A DNA stretch of 58,129 nucleotides, filler included, from Dimargaris cristalligena (Eukaryota): NCBI GenBank assembly GCA_003614675.1. It is 2 parts of 2 records of this genome, joined end to end, with 100 filler letters (N's around TTAATTAATTAA, not from the genome) between each part and the next. Parts side by side here need not be neighbours in the genome. Positions count along the whole stretch, not along the records: positions 1 to 29,048 come from ML002492.1; 1 more part is not named here. The stretch is one strand, 5' to 3'. The first letter of the stretch is position 1; each line of letters starts with the position of its first letter. The position numbers and the translations under genes were made by a program. Positions 12,301-23,205 of the stretch are shown here, in pieces. The notes under the pieces are model-generated. The model was not told the DNA's origin, did not search any database, and saw only the letters and a program-made list of their open reading frames with translations.

Positions 12301-13479
12301 GGCAATGACCGTCCCTACAAGGATGAGTACCTTACGGGGGTGGGTGGCGCACTGTATACCCAACTGGAAGAAAAAGTGCCGCAACCGGAACTGCAGGCGG
12401 TCTCCGTAGGATTTGGAGGCGAACGATCGACTGCGTAGCGACGGGGTAGTTTCATCGTCCGTTTCCAGGCCATCGTCCCCACCGCCCAAGACGGCAGCAT
12501 GGTCATTCGACGACGACGGCGGGCGACGACCGGTATCGTCCGTTACGAGGGGAGCACCGGTAGCCAATGGCTCGTAGCCGGCCTGGCGCAGCGATGTCCG
12601 CCGCATAAACGTTACCACGAGAGCAAAGGCGAACCCCACTCCGAGTATAGCGTAGATAACCGCTAGGAGCGCAGGTCCACAGGCCCAGCGGCCGAAAATC
12701 ATACAGGACCCCACCGAAGGGTCGGGAATGTCCTCGAGTACGGGACACACGTCGGGACAGTCGACGCAAGAGCAACGGCTCTGAATATCCGTATCGTTAC
12801 ACCGGCGAACGGGAGCGTCGAGGGGGGCCAGCGGAGCGGGCGGGATCCGCTCGGGGAAGTTAATTTGGAACGGGGAGCCGCCGAGTCGTTCGGTGCCCAG
12901 AAACCGCAGCATGGCGCGGTAATCCCGGGCCCCGCCGCCCAGCAGGTCCATGACGAAACTATTGTCGGCGGGGAACTTCACTTCCTTGCAGGACTGGTAG
13001 ATCCCGTCGCCGAATTGGGGGTCTACATAAAGGTCCAGCTCGGTGACGACCCGCTGGCCCGTCAGGGGCGACTTTACGGAGCGCGTGACGTTGAGGAACG
13101 TGGCTTGGTTCGCGGAACAGGTGAATTGGCAAAAGAAGTTCATAAAGTTGTTCCAGCAGGCGGGACATGCGCCGATGAGGTTATAGGCCACCTCGGTTTG
13201 GGTGGCGAGTGCGTCCAGCTGGTCGGCATCGCAGCAGGCGAGCGAGGCTGGGTCAGCGAAGGTCGGGCCGCAAACGTCCACTAACCGGGCCCGCAGGTCG
13301 GCGTCCGGTCGCACCGCCGGCTGTTCAAGGGCGCACGGTAGCGAAGGGGCGAAGATACTGCCACTCTTCGGACCGCATTGGCCGTACATTACACAAGTGT
13401 CCGGGGCGTGGGGGCTGCTGGCTAAGGCGGTCACGGCCAGCGCCAGAAGGCCCCCTATAAAGGACAGTGGGGACCACAT
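9391..13479 (-). CDS. NCR1: Niemann-Pick C1 / Ncr1 vacuolar sterol transporter, 1362 aa, single exon
   Basis: Signal peptide, Cys-rich NTD (CVMYGQCG, CCDADQL, CPACWNNF..FCQFTCS), GPFYRTEQ middle domain, sterol-sensing domain (EVIPFLVLAVGVDNIF), GPPVYFV, VEFCCHIAR, FEVYYFRMY. Confidence 0.97.
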   Translation of the reverse strand: MWSPLSFIGGLLALAVTALASSPHAPDTCVMYGQCGPKSGSIFAPSLPCALEQPAVRPDADLRARLVDVCGPTFADPASLACCDADQLDALATQTEVAYNLIGACPACWNNFMNFFCQFTCSANQATFLNVTRSVKSPLTGQRVVTELDLYVDPQFGDGIYQSCKEVKFPADNSFVMDLLGGGARDYRAMLRFLGTERLGGSPFQINFPERIPPAPLAPLDAPVRRCNDTDIQSRCSCVDCPDVCPVLEDIPDPSVGSCMIFGRWACGPALLAVIYAILGVGFAFALVVTFMRRTSLRQAGYEPLATGAPLVTDDTGRRPPSSSNDHAAVLGGGDDGLETDDETTPSLRSRSFASKSYGDRLQFRLRHFFFQLGIQCATHPRKVLILVGTVIALCSLGWRSFDIETSPERLWVGPQSTSAQNKRFFDDNFGPFYRTEQIVITPAADYKENTVITHHVLRQLFLLDEAVRQIISPGYNQTLTDLCFQPTGEGCVVQSVTGYWQNSLEEFEDSDWQSTFNDCTHHPGNCLPEFGQPLKPTLLLGGYPNGDYDQAQALFVTYVLTNSQNATDRDQREAWETAFLDTLTNIHTDPRFDLRGLEVSYSTEISIEQELAKSTYTDVVTIAISYLVMFLYASVALSRFSRHAIQSRRVWVETKFTLGLAGIGVVLASVSMSVGLLSALGFKATLIIAEVIPFLVLAVGVDNIFLLVNELDRQTAQLPTAPVEQRVATALGNVGPSILLSSLAETLAFGLGGFVSMPAVSIFALYAALAVWLDFVLQITGFVALLTLDAHRTEDGRADLWPWFLVPIRLDSEFAGSPTSIWARRESWLQWFMGTIYGPLLNHSIVRWSVFTLFTVLFAANLEKARHIELGLDQRIALPRDSYLVPYFDRLDQYFQTGPPVYFVTKHAHITDRPEQRALCGRFTTCADRSLANLLEQERKRPDVSYLAQPASVWLDDYFHWLNPAAESCCRVRTVSNGPNGGNHTELCDPWDTDEKCRVCWADHDPAWNITLRGLPEGSEFMEYFDHWLSAMPGPECPLAGAAAYGNAIARGDPQNHTGGAITASHVRTFHTPLRSQADLIAAFAAAQRIAEDASAATGLEIFPYSVYYIFFDQYAHIVRLTTLLLSVGIGAIFLVTWLLLGHLRVALFTVLTVIMVLVQEMAAMANWGVSLNALSLVNLMIGLGISVEFCCHIARKYVVTKGTPDERLCVAVGEAGSSVFSGIALTKFCGIVVLAFARSKIFEVYYFRMYLAMVLAGVFHGLVFLPVLLVTFTDYSWWGDDDNNHGLYFESSSGGQRDAATPPRSAWRLPLVGNFRWPWSRQSQSNTTDFEPSAASEEQTPLITETDIDAEAAERLVIRS

Positions 13480-16276
13480 GGGTACTCAGAGATAGGGCTG
13501 GTCAGTCGGTAAAGAGGAGGAGGGCCCGGGCAACGGGGGGAGTTCGGGCACATGCAGTGGGAGGGGTAGGAGGGCTGGCCAACAGAGCTCTACTAGGTAG
13601 GAAACGGGAAAAGCAATAGCGAAGAGGGTTAAATGAATAGGAAGGTTGAATATGGGGAGACAAATGGGGACCACGGCGAACTAACTATAAGGCCAGAAAG
13701 GGGAGCGGTTTGTGAAGCCGCGTACGTTGTTCAGCGCGCAATACTCAATTAATACCAGGGTCACTACTGTTGCTGTATCTAATTAATGTGACGCCATTCC
13801 CCCGCCTCCACTTCACCAGCCACGGCCATAGGCTGAAGGAGATATACACCTAATAGCCACCATCACCTGAGACTGAAACCCGGGAAGGGAGAGAACATAA
13901 TACTCCCTTTGACGCCATTATTCCCATATTCACCCCCAGCCATCTTTCCTTCGGCATCGACCCTCTTGCGCTCGATAAGTTAGTAGGGACGCCTCACCCC
14001 TCCCCGTATCCGTCGTATACGAGCATGCAGGTCGCCTTCCCCTGAAGCCAGTTGTGCTAGTGCTATATGACCCACTCTACTCTCCGTACCCAAACAATAA
14101 AGCCAATCGCGCCATTGACAAAGGGCGGGGACCGACGCTGTCAGCTTGTTACATATTTATTATAGCGCCACACCGACAACAAATCCATCTTTCTAGCCGG
14201 TTGGGAGCAATTCTCGCTCTAAAGAGATGCCGGGCATGCGGAGCGTCTCCGTATTTCGTTGATCCTGTTCCAGGTATTCCTTCGTGTTCTCTAATAATCC
14301 AACCGCTAGCTTATACTTGGTCGTATACTGCTGCTAACCATAGAATCGAATGAGGATGGTAATAATCTGACCCGGGCCTTGTAGATGGTAGTGTATTTCA
14401 CCCCACTTGACACTGACCAAGGACAACACGAATGCAAATTTAGAGAGATCCCCCACCATTCTATTTTTATGATATGTTTAGCCGGAGTGGTTTCTGGAAT
14501 AAAGCTGGCCTTTTAGACCGATTGCCTGTGTTTACAGACGGTTATTCCCAACCATCACGCATCAGATGATATCTGCTGAAACAACCCATTTCCAATCATT
14601 TAGTTAAATTTAATGGGCCATTCCTAAAGCTGTTATTCGCATCGTATCCCAAAGCTCAGGTCAATCGGGCTCTCCAGCCGCCGGCCAGAGGCTAAGCGAA
14701 CATCTATAATGATCTTATTGATCCTCCGACAGTATTCGCGGAGTATTGAACGCCAATATCCACGATTACTCAAGCGAGTACAGGCCCTTTATTGCCGTTT
14801 ATATGACCTTGATTACCTTACTTGCCACACACTGGGTATTAATAGCTGTCTGCAGACATTTCCTTGGATGGTAGATTTCTGACTAATTCCAACATGACAC
14901 TGATACCCCTCCAAAAGGCGAAGTTGCCCTGTCTGTAGTTTCGATTTACTTTTGTTAAAGTCCGCGGTTTCTTTCTTACAGTACTATCTATGGAACTACC
15001 GACCCTATTACATTGTTCGGCTACCACCACCTACTAGGTTCCGCTGTATTGGTTGTCACACATGTTATTTATTAAATATTTATTCCAAAACATTAACAGT
15101 GCTGGTCTGCCAAGAAAAGGGGCACTCATACCTATATAGGGGCAAGTCCCCCCTCACCCCAAGTGGGGTTAAAGTGGGTCAGCATGAGAATTCGACCACA
15201 TCTACCCGTAACTGCCTAATTGGACTAATTGCTTCGTCACTAAAATAGATAAAGAAGGTTAAGCGCGCTTCTCAGGTTTGGTACGCTCAGTTTGCCAAAC
15301 CATGACACTATAAACAAACTAGATAAAGTAAAAATGCGGTTATCGAATTAGGACCTAGATGCCCGGTAGACTAGATCTGGAGTTCGACTATCTATTAACA
15401 TATGGCCATTGTACCAGGTCCTGTTTTGCCCCGTCGATCCTTGGTCCGTCCCGTCGCCGTGCCTTTCTTTACCTCAATGCGCCTCCCCCCTAGCTCAACC
15501 TGCCTACGATGTGTGAATTGTGATGCATGAATCATACGGTTTTGTATACACTCCCTAAACTTGGGGGGAGAGACAAGCGCAACGGAACAGGTAGATGCCC
15601 GATAGGGGCCAGCAGTAGCATCAAGTGACGGTTTCAATGGAAACATCCCAATCAACAGAAAGGCGTGCCCATCCCTCATTGAGTCGTCTTTTCGACCCAC
15701 TTGGCTACCCGGAGAGTTGCTTCGACAATTATGAGGAATTATTGGCAAGGCACTGTGCTCTACCAGTCTAGAGAAAGGGGAACGCGCCGGGCTCGGAGTC
15801 TACCTTAATCCGAAGTACAAGAAGGGACCCAATGTTTAATGTAGTTGGGCCTGTACCAGCCCACTTATCAACCAGTGATCAGGGGGGGATAACAGGCTGC
15901 GTGCTGTGGTGGGTGGGTCTCATGACGAAGTTTTGTCAGCGCCTACCATACCACTAGAGGCTAGGGTTAGGCCATTAAACTGCTGGGTGCTCCGGGCAAA
16001 GTGAGCGAAGGATTTTGAGCTGATGATTATGGCTGGCTATAAGCAACACGCCTTGCTTGGCGCACAGCACAGTGTTCTTCAATCGTCTACTTTTACACAC
16101 TTTGTATTGTATTATCTCCTCCTCCTTATTGCCTTAACTTTCCCGTTGAAACCCCCGGCTGAATAGTAAGCGAGGTTTCACTTGCATTTGCTCGGCTATC
16201 ACTATCCAAGTTTTTTAAAACGAATTCTCAGCGAAACGAAACCTCTCCCCTTATTAACACCTATAGCGACGGCATT

Positions 16277-16290
16277 CCCTAACCCTAACC
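16277..16290 (+). promoter_or_regulatory. Telo-box-like (CCCTAA)2 element upstream of the fasciclin gene
   Basis: CCCTAACCCTAACC lies about 195 bp before ATG 16485. A related CTAGGGTTAGG is at 15961. Confidence 0.4.
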
Positions 16291-16484
16291 ACCACTGACT
16301 GCTTCAGGCACTTACTTACCTTCTCTCCTACTTTTATTCTACGCAAGTGTCTCTATTCAGAGCAGTCTGTATTAACTAATCACCCTGGCCAACCCCGCGT
16401 TGCCCTTCCGGCCAGTACCTTCACTACATACCCCTCAACAACCTGTTTTCTTGTCCAGACCCCCCGCGCCACGCACTATTCGGC

Positions 16485-19157
16485 ATGGCCCCCCTCCGGC
16501 GTGTCGCCTGGCTCGTCCAGGCGTGCCTTTTCGGTATCCTCTGGTTGGCACTAGCCCAAGGCCGCTCCACTATCATCGATATACTCTCCCAGGACTCCGA
16601 ATTCAGTGAACTCATCCGCCACCTACAGCGCCTCCGGCTGATTATCCCCCTAAACCAGCTCCCCAACACTACCTTCTTCGCCCCCAATAACGAAGCCTTC
16701 CGCCGCTACTATAGGTGGTCGCCGGCGGCCCAGGCCCCACCCATTACCTCCGACCAGCTCTGGTACCATTTGGTAAGGGACCAACGCTGGACGCGGGAGC
16801 AGCTCCAGCCGGGGGTGCTTCTGGAAACCCACTTTATTCCTGACCAGGGACTAGGCGGTCGGGGCGGTCAACGTCTACAAATTACGGACCAGTCAACCAC
16901 CCTCGTGACAGCGGGGAAGAATGGTAATACGGGAAGCGAGGAGCAGGAGGAGGAGGAGGAAGGCCCTTCGCTGTTGGTCAACCGCGCCCGGATCGTCGGT
17001 GACGATCGGGTGGCGGGTAACGGAATTGTCCACATGATTGACCGTATTCTAGAGCTTCCGGACCGGCTGCTGGGTGAATTGGACCGCCGCCGTGATTTAA
17101 GTGACTTCCGACTCTGGCTGTCGCGTACTCCCCCCGTCAAAAGCGCCCTGGACGAAAAGACCGGCTTTACCGTATTTGCGCCCCCGGGTTCGACCCTGAG
17201 CGACTCCCTGACGGCGATCGAAAGGCGGTACTTAGTTCATCCCTATGGCCAAGCCGACTTGGTTCAGCTGATGCAGGCCCATGTCGTGCCCGAGGTCATT
17301 TACCACCAGGATCTGGTGGATAATCCCCGGATCGTTTCGACCCTAACCGGCAACCAACTCGCGCTTAGCTTAGACCCGAAGAGCCAGATGCTGCTGGTCA
17401 ATGATACGCTGGTGCTGACCCAGGATCAATTGGCCAATAACGGGGTCATCCATACCCTGCCGGGTCCCATCCCCCCGGAATCACTCGTCTTTACCACCGA
17501 AAAGTACCTGGTCGGTCTTAACGCCACCCGCTTCGTCAATTTAATGCGGGATAATGGCTTGAGCGACTACCTCACCGTGCCGCAAGGCGACTCGCCCCTG
17601 ACCGTCCTGGCCCCCACCAACGAAGCCTTTGACACCTACATGGACGGTCTCCCGGCCCCCGGTACTTGGCAACTCCGGGAGTTTCTGCTCTACCATTTAC
17701 TGTCGGCCCAGTACCCCTTGGACACTCTCCCCAATGGCGAGTTCCTCGCGTCGTGCTTGGAACCCGACGAAATGGCCGGCCGGGCCCAGCTGGTCTACGC
17801 CACCAAAGACAAGCAATCCGACCAAGGCGGGGCCCCGTCCACCTACATTTCCTTCAACCATGTCACCGCCGGTGGGCAGCCCGTAACCTTTAACCAGGTC
17901 ACCATCTACTTATTGAACTCGCCCCTCACGCCACCCACCGACTTGCTGCAAACCGTAGTCCGTGACCTGAGCTACTCTAATTTCCTGAGTGTCTTGTACA
18001 GCAGTCAGCTGCAGTACCCCATCCGCAACGCCAAAGACGTGACGTACCTGGTGCCCTCCAACCAGGCCTTCCAAAACCTGGACCTGGCCCTGAGCTACCT
18101 GCTATTGGCCGAGGCCCAGGATGACCTGCGCACGTTCATGCGCTCCCTGGTGATCCAGCAGGCCGTGTATGCCTACCGACTCCGCAATGAGACCGAACTG
18201 GTGTGCTTGCACACTTTGGCTGATACCTACGTGGCTTTGGCCCCCGTCGGTTCGGATATCCAGGTCCGGGTCGACGGGTGCAATGCATCGGACACCCTCC
18301 TGGGGGGGACTCCCTCCCAGTCAACGCTCCCCACCCTGTTCCCGGGCGACGGCAAGCCCTCCGCCCCCGCCCCTCTCCCCAAAGTGGTGCAAAGCGATGT
18401 GCTGGTGCGCAACGGAGTGATCCAATACGTCGATAACATAGTAATCCCCAAATCCGTCGAGCTGACGTTGTTCTCCCTGGTCCGCGGCGCAGGCGCTACC
18501 GTATTCCACACTTGGCTCAAACGGCTTAATATGACTCACATTTTGCACGAACCTGCCGACCCCGCCGCCCCGGGGGGCTACACCCTATTCGTACCCTCCG
18601 ACCGCGCCTTTGCCCGCCTGAACCTAACCACCCTACTGCGGGCCCAGCGCAACGTGGACCATCTCAGCGACCCGGCCCAACTCACCGTGGATCGCATTTG
18701 GACCTCGGACGATCTCGCGGATATTCGGCGACTAGTCCATTTGCATATCATTCCCCATCGGCGGGTCACCCAACTCGCCGACCGGGCTACCTACCGTACC
18801 CAACTGGGTGACACGCGACTCGTAGCCCACGAGTACGATAAAGACCGATTTTCGGTCCAGATTTACGGGGCCTACCTGTTCGACCGGCATTTCGCTACAG
18901 TCGTCCACCGCGGAGTGGCCAGCAACGGCGCCGTTTACCAAATTGATAACGTGCTGGTGCCCATTGAGACGTGGTTCGCATCGAATACCCGCTTGTTGCT
19001 TCAGCAGGTGTTGTGGCTCCTCCTGATGGGCCTCATGACCGCAGGTATCATCGTGGCAGTGGTTTGGCCTCTGAATCGATGGTACCGGCACCACCAGGCT
19101 ATTCATCAGGGCTACGAACCCCTGGAGCCGGCGGAAACCGTAGAACCGGTGCATTGA
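16485..19157 (+). CDS. FSC1: Multi-FAS1 (fasciclin) type I membrane protein, Fsc1/YLR001C-like, 890 aa
   Basis: Signal peptide. Five FAS1 H1 motifs (TFFAPNNEAF, TVFAP, TVLAPTNEAF, TYLVPSNQAF, TLFVPSDRAF) and H2 motifs (NGIVHMIDRIL, NGVIH, NGVIQYVD, NGAVYQIDNVL). C-terminal TM and short tail. Architecture matches S. pombe Fsc1; orthology is inferred. Confidence 0.85.
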   Translation: MAPLRRVAWLVQACLFGILWLALAQGRSTIIDILSQDSEFSELIRHLQRLRLIIPLNQLPNTTFFAPNNEAFRRYYRWSPAAQAPPITSDQLWYHLVRDQRWTREQLQPGVLLETHFIPDQGLGGRGGQRLQITDQSTTLVTAGKNGNTGSEEQEEEEEGPSLLVNRARIVGDDRVAGNGIVHMIDRILELPDRLLGELDRRRDLSDFRLWLSRTPPVKSALDEKTGFTVFAPPGSTLSDSLTAIERRYLVHPYGQADLVQLMQAHVVPEVIYHQDLVDNPRIVSTLTGNQLALSLDPKSQMLLVNDTLVLTQDQLANNGVIHTLPGPIPPESLVFTTEKYLVGLNATRFVNLMRDNGLSDYLTVPQGDSPLTVLAPTNEAFDTYMDGLPAPGTWQLREFLLYHLLSAQYPLDTLPNGEFLASCLEPDEMAGRAQLVYATKDKQSDQGGAPSTYISFNHVTAGGQPVTFNQVTIYLLNSPLTPPTDLLQTVVRDLSYSNFLSVLYSSQLQYPIRNAKDVTYLVPSNQAFQNLDLALSYLLLAEAQDDLRTFMRSLVIQQAVYAYRLRNETELVCLHTLADTYVALAPVGSDIQVRVDGCNASDTLLGGTPSQSTLPTLFPGDGKPSAPAPLPKVVQSDVLVRNGVIQYVDNIVIPKSVELTLFSLVRGAGATVFHTWLKRLNMTHILHEPADPAAPGGYTLFVPSDRAFARLNLTTLLRAQRNVDHLSDPAQLTVDRIWTSDDLADIRRLVHLHIIPHRRVTQLADRATYRTQLGDTRLVAHEYDKDRFSVQIYGAYLFDRHFATVVHRGVASNGAVYQIDNVLVPIETWFASNTRLLLQQVLWLLLMGLMTAGIIVAVVWPLNRWYRHHQAIHQGYEPLEPAETVEPVH

Positions 19158-20549
19158 CCAATTGGATTCTATGCGACCTGCCCTATATAATAGACGGCGA
19201 ACTTTGGCCTATGTTTGGAATTTTTACACTAATTGAATTTGCAACCCCGGTATACGAGAATGTAATTTTATCGCTTTTTATTTCTATTTTTATTTTCAAA
19301 TCTTAAATGCGGTTATATGTATTTATATAAAATCTTTGGCAATTAGAAAAACTGACTTGTTGGAATTGTGAGTCCCTGGGATTGCTGGAATTTGTAATTG
19401 ATTAGTATGAATTTACCGTATGGATTATTATAGCCTTTGCACCGGTGGTGGTTCCGTATATAAACTTAGTAACCTACAGTTGAAATCCTTCCCTCCAAGG
19501 ATAAAATAGGAAAATTCGTTCCATGTCGATAATGTTCGACTGTAGAAAGAATCACTATCATCCAGATCATTGTTCTAGATAAATACGTTTTTGCACATAG
19601 TACCAACCCCGATTATACGCGAAACGACAGCCTACTATTTAGTAGGATATATACACTCTCTCATTTACTACGTACATCTGAAACAAACCCATTGGAACTG
19701 TTATCGGCAATTTTGGGTAACATCATCTACCACGCATAGTTTGAACTTGGCATTCAGGTAATCTCGCACTTATCGTACAATGTCTACTAATGCTACAGTT
19801 GATTAAACACAAAATCGTATAACCAAGTATAAAATAACCAATGGCCAAGGGGCTTTGATGAGATCCATGTGCACTTAATAAATTTGGAAACACTGCCCAA
19901 ACCTACAGTAAAGGAGCTGCTAATCCTTTTATGATGCCCAGCTGCTGTACCATTCCAAACAATATACTTGGAAGGCCATATATGGGCCATTATATAATTC
20001 AAAGAAAGGTATCTCGGTTTACAAAAATAAGCCAATTCTTGTTTTTAGCGTGCGGTAATTGGCATAAATATGTAATAGTCGTCCACACTAAAGGTATTAA
20101 GACATTTGATGTAAGTTGATGAACTACTGCAATCGAATAGTCGCAGGCGATAGTATAGTCCACGTTGAGGCATATTTACATTTATTTAGAGTATACAATT
20201 AAATATGATTACATTTAATTTGGTTTCATTAGCATGCTAGAAACCTACTACTCCATATGAAGTAAAAACAATGGTACCACCCCCCTTCCTGTGTCGGCAA
20301 CCAGTCAAAACATAATACGGGTGCCTTAAAGATATTTCCACCACTTATAAGACAATTGATACCTGTTACTTACTTCTGAAATCACGTCTAACGTGGTTTA
20401 CAAGCTAGATTGAGTCAGCCATGTCCATGTCTGTGTTATGCAGTTTAGACACTCGAAATTGGTTAGCATTAAACAAGGCAATTCATGGGATAGGGTAAGA
20501 GTCCATCTAGCTAAAAAACAATAGATGTTGGTGGACAGGTAATTGTAAG

Positions 20550-21990
20550 TAATAAATTTGGCACTTGAAACAATGAATAAGAAAGTTAGAATAATAAAAA
20601 GACCAAGTGGGCGAATATCCAAATAATACATCACCATAGTAATAGTTCCAAGGTGAAGTACCAGTATTGTACAGTCATATGGTCATGGGGTCGATAGACT
20701 GGCAAGAGTAGTTGTATAATCATGAATGTAGTAAATAAAATAATTTATAGCCATCAATAGTTTCATGAACCGAAACAGCGGTATTTGTCTCAATTCGCCT
20801 GGTAGATTGCTGTGTAAAAGGTGTGTAAAGCCTTCTGGTTATAAATTCAATGTGAACGATTCTTGGCGAGGATTCCAAATGGTGTTCAACACTGTCATGG
20901 GCATGGCCGGAATTACCAAGACTATGTGCTTTACTAATTTATGGACAAGGCATGTAAAGCACACATAGTCTCCCAACAAGGACAGGCCACAGCCTTTGAA
21001 AAACTTGGGGGGTGTACCAGTAATGAACCTCATTTTTGAAAGCTTCTCAATTTCAATACCAATAGTTAACAAAGAACATGATCAAAATGAAAGGCACCTT
21101 CAGTTTTGTTCAGGATATTCATCATATATCCACCTATTGTTCTCGCATGATTTCTTTTTCAAGTAAAGCCACCCTAGCTCACTTAGGTCTGCAAAGTTAC
21201 CATTTTGAATAGTGCACCACTAGTAGTTTTTTTATTATAAACTCTTATATAAAAGGCATTGGTTTTCTCCCCATGTTTTCAATATTTTTTTCATCAACTT
21301 GCTAACTTTAATACCATGTCATTATTAAAGTCAGTTTTCTTATATATTATTCCTTGTGGCCCCATAGGCAACCAGGGGCCACCCTCTGCAGTATTGGAGA
21401 TACCAAATTCAAATACCCCCCCCCACCATGGCAAAATTCAAAAGCCCCAAAAAAGATCTTGGAGGGATTTCCCAGACTTTACAAGACCAGCCCCCTGCCT
21501 CCCCCATCTGACCCAGAGTAATATACCAAGAATTACCTGGGAAAGAGGGTTTCTATTAATCAGAATATATATAGTATATTATTACTATTGCATGTATTTT
21601 GACTGATAGCTTTTACTGATGAGGAACTTCCATCATTTTATACAGATGTGGTTCCATCTAGTGGAATGCCCCTTATTTTTCTGGCCTGTACCAATAAATA
21701 TTATGTAGTATTGGAAACCAAAGACTAATTGTCAATTTTACACCAGTCATCCAAGCAACAGACAAAGGCTTGGTGGCTGGTTTGTCAATTGATTCATGGC
21801 TGCAGAAATGGGCTTGGTTTTATTCATTAGTAATTTTGTCTCTTGAATAGATGGCAGCACCTGGCTCTGGCCAAATTTAACAAGAGTTTGGAACCACCAG
21901 TGATCTCATTTTCCCTATCCACTTCAAACATCTCTCTTCACCTCAATGTTGACTGAAATCACAATCCATGGGTGATTGTAAACAACTCAA
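20550..21990 (-). mobile_element. Degenerate pogo/Tigger (CENP-B HTH + DDE_1) transposase relic
   Basis: Minus-strand fragments in the expected order across frames: ISVNIEVKR..WFQTL...SQ (N-terminal HTH, ~21870-21960), RGIPLDG (CENP-B HTH, ~21653-21673), FADLSELGWLY (cf. FNxDETGL), EKL..FITGTPPKFFKG (~20992-21047), YTTT/CQSID (cf. NTTxxCQPxD, ~20690-20720), IHCFKC. Many stops and CpG depletion. Confidence 0.55.
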
Positions 21991-22524
21991 ATTCTTCTTA
22001 ACTAACCCAAAACATTGTGATTTTCTATTTTGCTAATAAAATTCAGTTCATTACATCTATATTTCGACTTTTATATTGACTGGGTATCAAGCATACACCT
22101 AGTTTACTGGAGGTCAGTATATGTAGTGCCGTGAGAATGTTGGCCAACAGCCTTTACCATCCGGCTATCAACTTATCTGCCGATTCTTATGCTGATTTGA
22201 CGATTATAACTGATATGACAAATTTCATGAGAAATATTCCATGCCTTTTGGGAAGTCAACTCCCGATTTGTTATTTCATACTCATATTAATGGCCATGTG
22301 TTATGATGATAATGATGGTATTCAAACCTGTTAATGACATTCTGTATTATTTATAATGGCTGATTTATGATCTCAGTTCAGGGAGCCCTCTTCCTGCAAC
22401 AGGAAAACAATACTTTGTTCATAATTCCTATTCTCTTCACGATTACTATAAAAATAAAATAAAATACTAATAATTACTAAATTTCTTCCCTCAAAATACA
22501 TCAACACTTAACACTCTCTCTTCA

Positions 22525-22961
22525 ATGTCGCGCCTCCCCATTCGTTCCTCTGGACCTAGCGTCCCACCTTCGTCCAGCCCGGGTATACCGCCATCCACGC
22601 CCCAGCGTTCTGCAGTCGAGCAAGGTACGCCAGTCCATAATCTGAATCCTAGCGGTGGATTAGATGATCCTGACGCCAACACATATTCACACTTTTATTT
22701 TAATATTTTATTTTGAGATTGAATATAGCAATACAGAACAGGGCCCATGGCCATTGATGCAATTGGAGGGGGGGGTGTTAAGGGGCTCTAATCAATTTGT
22801 TGGAGTTGGCTACGGAAAAATGGCACAGCTATCAGCAGCTTCAGACAATATATAATGGGTGGATAATACTTTACACCATGCGACCTTTGCCCAGACCCTA
22901 TGAAAACACCAGAAGGCACTGTTTTTCATGAGCTGGTGTAACACTTATCAAGCGTAAGAGC
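22525..22961 (+). pseudogene. Probable Ty3/Gypsy gag relic
   Basis: Pro/Ser-rich ORF start at 22525. Same-frame GPMAIDAI at 22741-22764 (cf. Gag PMEID). Degenerate zinc knuckle C-FS-[TGA]-AGVT-[CTT]-IKRK-[AGC] at 22920-22961, where each bracketed codon is 1 nt from Cys/His/Cys. Confidence 0.4.
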
Positions 22962-23205
22962 CATACACTGAAAGAGGTATTTATTAAAAATCTAATTGCA
23001 GATAAGGCATATCCCATCTTCAGAATTATACAGGAACCCACTATCGGTTTATTTAGAACTTAGCATGAGTGAGGATAATTTCAATAAAATGAAGTATTTG
23101 TTCAATAGGGCGGGGCTCATTGGATAAACAGCAAGGCACTCCCTATTTTCTGGTCTAAATCTAATTCAAAATTTTATATTGATGGATTAAATTTCTCTTA
23201 GACCA

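Noticed and set aside
14300..15800. Coding-looking fragments between NCR1 and FSC1
   Set aside because: No recognisable motif or consistent exon structure. May be an old pseudogene but cannot be supported by eye.
19155..19190. TGA-C readthrough context at the FSC1 stop
   Set aside because: Not the TGA-CTA consensus, and the 10-codon extension has no targeting signal.
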